64,000 nt of DNA from a virus, in the IMG/VR virus record IMGVR_UViG_3300025141_000046, positions 29,275 to 93,274 of that record; one strand, 5' to 3'. Positions within the stretch are counted from its first letter, which is position 1. Every line of letters starts with the position of its first letter. Below are positions 58,796 to 64,000 of the stretch, one piece after another. The notes under the pieces were generated by a model. The model did not search any database, had not been told where the DNA came from, and was given only the letters and a program-made list of their open reading frames with translations. The translations under genes were made by a program, and so were the position numbers.

Positions 58796-59046
58796 AGAAC
58801 TTTACTGCATCGAGGTAAGTTTTATTAATAAATTTTTGTGGACCTTTTGCAAACCAGATTTTGTTGTCAGAGAAACAAGTCTTTTGGCGCAATTCTAATT
58901 TTTGATTTATAAAATTTTAACTCCACAGGATCTGCTGCAAAAATAATTTCCGGCTTAAATCCAGATATGCAAAGATTTTGAATTCCTGCCTGAGTTTTCC
59001 AGCGCTTAAAGTTATATGCAAATACTCCAATTCTTAAGTTTGTCAT
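58770..59046 (-). pseudogene. Probable gene remnant(s): 59-aa truncated ORF overlapping an out-of-frame C-terminal fragment
   Basis: ATG 59046 MTNLRIGVFAYNFKRWKTQAGIQNLCISGFKPEIIFAADPVELKFYKSKIRIAPKDLFL-TGA (58867); a shifted frame reads SDNKIWFAKGPQKFINKTYLDAVKFFVNFTCEI-TAG (58770). Confidence 0.5.
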
Positions 59047-59063
59047 TTTTTTCTCAAATGCTT

Positions 59064-59792
59064 TTATTTAGATCTTATTTTTTCTAAAATACTAGAAGCA
59101 TCTTTAATTGAAATTTTATTATCAATTATAATCTTTTTACAATCTTTGTCATAATAGAAAGCCCCGGGCCAGGGCGAAGCAAGTGCCCTAATTAAATTAT
59201 ACACCTGATCTTCAGTCATAGTAGGAAGTATTTCTCCATCACAGGGATATCTTTTTCTACATTCAAATTCATCACCAGTTATATCCTGGTCACGAAAAGT
59301 CAAGCTTTTAGATTCTAACTGGCTAGAAAGCTGAAGAAGGATATCAGCTGAAGTTGATATTCCATTTTTCAATACATCATTGGCGTCATCATGTATTGAA
59401 ATTTTAAACTTTTTCTGAATTATTATTTTTCCACCGTCTATCTTGGGAGAAAGAGTATGAAGTGTTACTCCAGATATTTTTTCCCCATTTATTATTTGCC
59501 AATTAAGTGCATGTGATCCTGCGTAATTTGGCAATAGTGATCCATGAAAATTGGCTGCAATGAGCTTTGGAATAGACAGTATTTCAGACTGTATTATCCT
59601 GCTATAGTAGAAGCTTAAAATTATATCAGGAGAATAGTCATTGCATTTTTTTAAAAATAAGGGATACTGAGTATCTACTCTTTTAGGATGATTATCAGGA
59701 TAGATAAAAAGAATATCATCAAATATAGTTTCTGCTAAATCTATGAATTCTTTATATGCTTTGTTTCTTGTTGTGAATATTATTGCTTTCAT
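59064..59792 (-). CDS. Sugar N-formyltransferase (ArnA/Fmt-like)
   Basis: PDIILSFYY, NFHGSLLPNYAG, SGVTLH, IDGG, LIRALASPWPGAF. Confidence 0.9.
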   Translation of the reverse strand: MKAIIFTTRNKAYKEFIDLAETIFDDILFIYPDNHPKRVDTQYPLFLKKCNDYSPDIILSFYYSRIIQSEILSIPKLIAANFHGSLLPNYAGSHALNWQIINGEKISGVTLHTLSPKIDGGKIIIQKKFKISIHDDANDVLKNGISTSADILLQLSSQLESKSLTFRDQDITGDEFECRKRYPCDGEILPTMTEDQVYNLIRALASPWPGAFYYDKDCKKIIIDNKISIKDASSILEKIRSK

Positions 59793-60954
59793 CTAGAATC
59801 TTATTTCCTGAAAGGTTAAGACACTTAACTAAAGTTTCTTCACATACATCGAAGAAATCTTTGTCCCCCCAGTTGTGATTTTTTATAAAATTTTCCTTAC
59901 TTGTTCTTAGTACAGCCTCAGATATCTTTTTATTTAAGTCATTGGAAATACTTTCGTCATAGACCATGCACGACTCTTTATAAAAATCTGGAATAGTAAC
60001 CGGCTTATTACAAATTGTCAGACACCGTGCTCCAATACTTTCACCGAGAGTCCTAGGGTATCCTTTAGGTTGTCCAAAAACTCTCATATCCATGGGTATA
60101 AGTGATATTTTACTAAGACATTTAATTTCGTGTGCTAGATCTTGGCACACAGACCCAATCAAGTAATAGTCTAAACCTTTTGCGTCACAGACTTTAATAA
60201 TTTTATTAACATAGTCGATGTGCTGTGTTGTTCCCATTATTACTATCTTGAAGTCTTTGACAATGTTTGGATCTATTTGATTAAACATGTTTAGCTGATT
60301 CTTTACATGCCACAGTGTCCCGCTTACAGCTATTAAATCTTTCTTTTTATTTTTTATCAAAAATTTATTAAAAAATCTCTGCATGTGAGGATCAGGAGGC
60401 TCACAGAGCTCTTCTTCTTCAAAGTAGTAATTAGCAAATTGATAATTTGGCTTATATGACATAGTTCTAACATTGATAACAAACTTAGAATTTTCCACAG
60501 TCTGTCTATCATCAGGTCTTCTCATCATATTCATTAGAGCAGAAGACCTTGCTATGATTATGTCATATTTCTCTTCTAGCTTTGCTTTTTTGACTACTTT
60601 ATTTCCGTCTATTGTAAATCTCTTATATGCTTTAGAGCCTTTATCATATGTTAAATCTATCATTGATCCCATAAGTGATTTTGACGCATACGATGGCAGG
60701 CCAAGGGCACCCAGTTCATACTGGTATGGTGAAAAATGAGAAAATAATATTTTTATAGGATTTTCAATATTAATAGCTTCTGGATTTATTAAATCAATTA
60801 GCTCACTATTGTCAAAAAAATCTCCCTTCGTTCTGTGACTATTAAACTCTCTTGGGTGGAGTCTTATATCTTCCCTCTTTGACCACTTATCAAAAAGAAC
60901 TGGATTGTCATGTAAGAATCTAGATAGATCTATATCAACTTTTCTCTGCATCAT
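59752..60954 (-). CDS. Hypothetical protein, probable divergent GT-B glycosyltransferase
   Basis: SGTLWHVKNQ and YPRTLGESIGARC resemble the GT4 K-N and P...E..A.G motifs; context. Confidence 0.5.
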   Translation of the reverse strand: MMQRKVDIDLSRFLHDNPVLFDKWSKREDIRLHPREFNSHRTKGDFFDNSELIDLINPEAINIENPIKILFSHFSPYQYELGALGLPSYASKSLMGSMIDLTYDKGSKAYKRFTIDGNKVVKKAKLEEKYDIIIARSSALMNMMRRPDDRQTVENSKFVINVRTMSYKPNYQFANYYFEEEELCEPPDPHMQRFFNKFLIKNKKKDLIAVSGTLWHVKNQLNMFNQIDPNIVKDFKIVIMGTTQHIDYVNKIIKVCDAKGLDYYLIGSVCQDLAHEIKCLSKISLIPMDMRVFGQPKGYPRTLGESIGARCLTICNKPVTIPDFYKESCMVYDESISNDLNKKISEAVLRTSKENFIKNHNWGDKDFFDVCEETLVKCLNLSGNKILDESNNIHNKKQSI

Positions 60955-60964
60955 TTTTAAAAAA

Positions 60965-61663
60965 TTATCCGATATTGCTTTGTATCACTAAGTCTTCGTC
61001 TGTGTTTCTTATTTCGTTTAAAAAGTTCTCAAAAAATTCAGACGGAGATGGTCCTAGCCAATCATTGTTAAATACTTCAAAATCAACACTATCTTTCCAT
61101 ACAATAAACACTTCTTCTATTGCGGGATGTGATATATTGCCAATTGGATCAAATGCTTTATTTTCTACAATTGTCACCTTTGGAAAAAATTTCAGCTTCT
61201 TATTTTTTATTGTAATGATCCATCTGTGATGACTATACCCTCTAATTGTTCCGTCTAGCTCAAATCTTTTAAACTCTCTATATTTTGATGGAAAAGATAT
61301 AATCCCAGATTTAGAAATTTGATTGATTTTTTTTAAAACATATGCTGGATGCGCAATATCTTCAAGGGTATGAGTACAGATACAATAATCATATTTTCCA
61401 TTCTCTTCCACATCTTGATCAACTTTTTCCCACAAAAATGGATCATTAATATTTCCTGAGAAGTGCTTTATATTGGGCTTGTTGACATCTCTAAAGTCCA
61501 TCGTTGCATCGATAAAGTCAAATTTATCACTAACATGCTTTTCTTTTCCTCCTCCGATATCAATAATCCTATATTCAGGATTGCTTTTTTTAATTTCCCT
61601 AAGTCGATTAAGCTCTGCGACTTTTTTATTAGCTATGTAGCCTAGTCCTGCTTCAACTATCAT
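60965..61663 (-). CDS. Class I SAM-dependent methyltransferase-like protein
   Basis: IIDIGGG, YDYCICTHTLEDIAHP, HHRW. Confidence 0.7.
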   Translation of the reverse strand: MIVEAGLGYIANKKVAELNRLREIKKSNPEYRIIDIGGGKEKHVSDKFDFIDATMDFRDVNKPNIKHFSGNINDPFLWEKVDQDVEENGKYDYCICTHTLEDIAHPAYVLKKINQISKSGIISFPSKYREFKRFELDGTIRGYSHHRWIITIKNKKLKFFPKVTIVENKAFDPIGNISHPAIEEVFIVWKDSVDFEVFNNDWLGPSPSEFFENFLNEIRNTDEDLVIQSNIG

Positions 61664-61679
61664 TTTGTATCACCCATAT

Positions 61680-62438
61680 TTAAAACTCCATGCACTGTTC
61701 GATAATCCTAGACTCAAACTCTTCTAAGTCTTCAAGATTATAATTAAATTTTCCAAAATGAACCTCTCTATCATAATGTATGTGATATATTCTTGGTTCC
61801 ATATGATCTTCTCCAAATTCATTCTTTAAGTTTCTAACTTTTTCCCTAGTAGCTTTTCCCCTAATGTTATATTCAAAAGGAAATGTATGTATTTTAACGC
61901 TGCTATTCCAAAGCGATACTCTGAGGCTTACCTGGTCCCAGCCGTTTGTCTGCTGATAGTATTTATAAAAATACTTCTGCCACATATCTAGAAATTCCCT
62001 TGTTGCATCAGATGAGTTATATGCCATTATTCCGCCGTTAAACTCAGAAAATCCATAAGGTATTGCCTCATACTCCGGTACAAGCTTTGAATATTTCAAT
62101 CTCTTTCTAGCATAGTCATGAACAAGACCTACATCAAATCTATCAAGCACGTCAAACATGTCTGATATATTTCTAACAATAACTGTATCTGAATCTAGAT
62201 ATACTGTTTTTGCAAATGGTGAACTTCCAACAAAATCAACCTTGACTCTAATGTGTTGCGGTTCTATCTTTCCGTAAATATCAACCAATCCGGAAAAATC
62301 TTCTGTTCTTGGCTGATCTGTAAATAATGCTACTGGCTCACTGTTGAATCTTTTTAACGTCTTGATTGACATTAATGCCTCTTTCGTAAAAGATTCACCA
62401 AATGCTATATACAAAAACCCTTTATCAATTTTTTCCAA
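61680..62438 (-). CDS. GT-A fold nucleotide-diphospho-sugar transferase (GT8-like)
   Basis: SPFAKTVYLDSDT (DxD), EFNGGIM, WDQVSLR, FEYN. Confidence 0.82.
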   Translation of the reverse strand: MEKIDKGFLYIAFGESFTKEALMSIKTLKRFNSEPVALFTDQPRTEDFSGLVDIYGKIEPQHIRVKVDFVGSSPFAKTVYLDSDTVIVRNISDMFDVLDRFDVGLVHDYARKRLKYSKLVPEYEAIPYGFSEFNGGIMAYNSSDATREFLDMWQKYFYKYYQQTNGWDQVSLRVSLWNSSVKIHTFPFEYNIRGKATREKVRNLKNEFGEDHMEPRIYHIHYDREVHFGKFNYNLEDLEEFESRIIEQCMEF

Positions 62439-62441
62439 AAT

Positions 62442-63167
62442 TTATTCCTCACCTTTCTTAAATTTAAAAATCGCTGAAAGATCTTCGGAAAGATCATTAT
62501 CTATATCATAAATTGCTATATCACGCTTTGAAACTTCTTTAATGTATTGTAAAAAATTGTCATGTGTAAACGTATCTTGCTTATGTGTGCAATGTATATA
62601 GTTTGGATGACCGCGGTGGGGACCATGAGTTCCTTTCCAGCATGGAAGAATATAAAATAAAATTGCATCCGGATTAATATGTTTCTTAATTGATTCAAAG
62701 TGAAGCGATGGATTTGAAAGATGTTCTAGGTTATGACTACTATAGACAACATGAACTTTCTCATTTTGAAAAATATCTGATATTTTTAGTGATCTCTCTA
62801 TTTGAAAGTTTTCAACATTTCCCTGAAATATCTCATTAAAAAATGAGGGTGCTAGATCAATGCCTATACAATTTATTCTATTGTCTATGCTCTTAATGAA
62901 GTCTATCTCATTGATATCTCTGCAACCGCAAGCTAAAATGTTTATCTTCTTTTCACCCTTAAAGGACCTCGACAATAGTAATCTAAATTTTTCTCTAAGA
63001 TTTTCTAAATAATCTCTATTTTTTTCACCATGCCATTTCTCATGGGACCTTTTCTTTCGAGTTTTAATGTGTTCGTGACCTGTATTAAACTGGTAGTGTT
63101 CATTAACTTTTATATTATCATAATAAAAATCATCATGTAATAATGTGTAAGTTTTATAATTTTTCAT
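62442..63167 (-). CDS. Class I SAM-dependent methyltransferase-like protein
   Basis: Likely start MKNYK at 63167 (ATGA overlap); ILACGCR, IGIDL, VYSSHNLEHL. Confidence 0.68.
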   Translation of the reverse strand: MKNYKTYTLLHDDFYYDNIKVNEHYQFNTGHEHIKTRKKRSHEKWHGEKNRDYLENLREKFRLLLSRSFKGEKKINILACGCRDINEIDFIKSIDNRINCIGIDLAPSFFNEIFQGNVENFQIERSLKISDIFQNEKVHVVYSSHNLEHLSNPSLHFESIKKHINPDAILFYILPCWKGTHGPHRGHPNYIHCTHKQDTFTHDNFLQYIKEVSKRDIAIYDIDNDLSEDLSAIFKFKKGEE

Positions 63168-64000
63168 TTTTTTGCCCTGCTTATTTTCAAAATTTCTCTG
63201 TAATATCGAAATGCCCATTCATGAGGATCATAATTCTTCTTTAAAAAATCTTTTGCATCTTTGGCTATGATATTTCTATTTATAGGATCTGATAGCCTTG
63301 AAAGAGATCGGAGCCACCCTTTTTCACTGTGTGCTACATATCCGTTCTTCTCATCACCAAATAGATGAAAATTGCTTGGACTAAAATCAGCAACTACAGG
63401 AACACCAAGTGCCATAAAAGCTAATGCTCTGCCGTTATTTGTCTTATTTTTATATCTCATAATGAAATCAGTATTAAACTTTCCGTATTCGTTATTTACA
63501 TCTTTTGACAATGAAGTCAAGTCATGGACACCAGGACAAATTCCAATATCACAAGACTTTATATCTTCTTTTATTGTATCAATATTCCACTTTTTATAAA
63601 CTATTGGTATATCAGGCTTGCCAAGTTCCGGAGTCCAGTTTATTTCATCTTCTGTCTTTTCACTTATGATATTTAACTCAATATCTCTACTTTTTGAAAA
63701 ATTTTCAAGTGCAGATTTTAATCCGCCTACGAATGAAAACAAGTGAGGAGTCCAGCCGTGATAACATATCTTCAAAATATCAACTTTGTCATGCTCAACG
63801 ATACTGCTGTTGTGATATAGAGATTCTATATGTGCATTTAGTATTACATTTTTATGGAAAGAAAGACTATCTGCCTCCTCTAGTGAGCCAACCATGACAA
63901 AATCAAAATCAACAGAAGTCAAATCTCTCGGTGGCGTGATTGTACCGACAATTATACTCGGGTTTACTAGTTTAATCTGGTGAAAAACTGAATGAATATA
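63164..64000 (-). CDS. Probable GT-B glycosyltransferase (5' end outside the window)
   Basis: Frame stays open to 64000; YHG, CDIGICP, KNKTNNGRALAFMALGVPVVAD, NGYVA...W...L. Confidence 0.7.
   Translation of the reverse strand, partial: YIHSVFHQIKLVNPSIIVGTITPPRDLTSVDFDFVMVGSLEEADSLSFHKNVILNAHIESLYHNSSIVEHDKVDILKICYHGWTPHLFSFVGGLKSALENFSKSRDIELNIISEKTEDEINWTPELGKPDIPIVYKKWNIDTIKEDIKSCDIGICPGVHDLTSLSKDVNNEYGKFNTDFIMRYKNKTNNGRALAFMALGVPVVADFSPSNFHLFGDEKNGYVAHSEKGWLRSLSRLSDPINRNIIAKDAKDFLKKNYDPHEWAFRYYREILKISRAKK

Noticed and set aside
276-63897. All other short plus-strand and nested alternate-frame ORFs in the track
   Set aside because: They lie within well-supported minus-strand genes and show no motifs.
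1-64000. Giant eukaryotic virus or bacterial O-antigen locus as the source
   Set aside because: T4-like portal, terminase, baseplate, gp55-like sigma and Shine-Dalgarno sites indicate a tailed phage; the sugar genes are contiguous and co-oriented with phage genes.
1-64000. Stop-codon reassignment
   Set aside because: Long ORFs are intact in code 11, and TAA, TAG and TGA all end genes right at the next start. The lone TGA at 58867 is followed by further in-frame stops.
1-64000. tRNA, rRNA or structured ncRNA genes
   Set aside because: Intergenic gaps are mostly under 80 nt and AT-rich; no cloverleaf seen by eye (a covariance-model scan would be needed to exclude them fully).

Overview
64 kb of a large, AT-rich tailed dsDNA phage (Caudoviricetes; T4-like portal, terminase, baseplate and late sigma factor, so probably a big myovirus). 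Essentially every real gene is on the minus strand, tightly packed, and reads in standard code 11. In transcription order (64000 to 1): (i) a ~14.5 kb glycan-synthesis locus (several glycosyltransferases, methyltransferase-like proteins, formyl-, acetyl- and aminotransferases, WbqC, a deacetylase-like protein, two SDR epimerases/dehydratases, a UDP-sugar dehydrogenase and a sulfotransferase), with a PD-(D/E)XK nuclease embedded and a probable deletion scar; (ii) a gp55-like sigma factor and a possible small terminase; (iii) a ~39 kb baseplate/tail/fibre block (spike, gp25, gp6/J, wedge with LamG, paralogous fibres, FN3 proteins, a J-domain protein); (iv) RuvC-like resolvase, primase and a single-chain Mre11-Rad50 (SbcD-SbcC) fusion; (v) large terminase and portal (cut by the window edge). 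The most striking unexplained signal is strong enrichment of the tripeptide [S/T]-[G/A]-S in a subset of tail/baseplate proteins, and its absence from terminase, portal and SbcCD, next to a soluble glycosylation pathway. This is a candidate phage-encoded, sequon-directed virion glycosylation system. All calls come from motif reading by eye; no searches were run.
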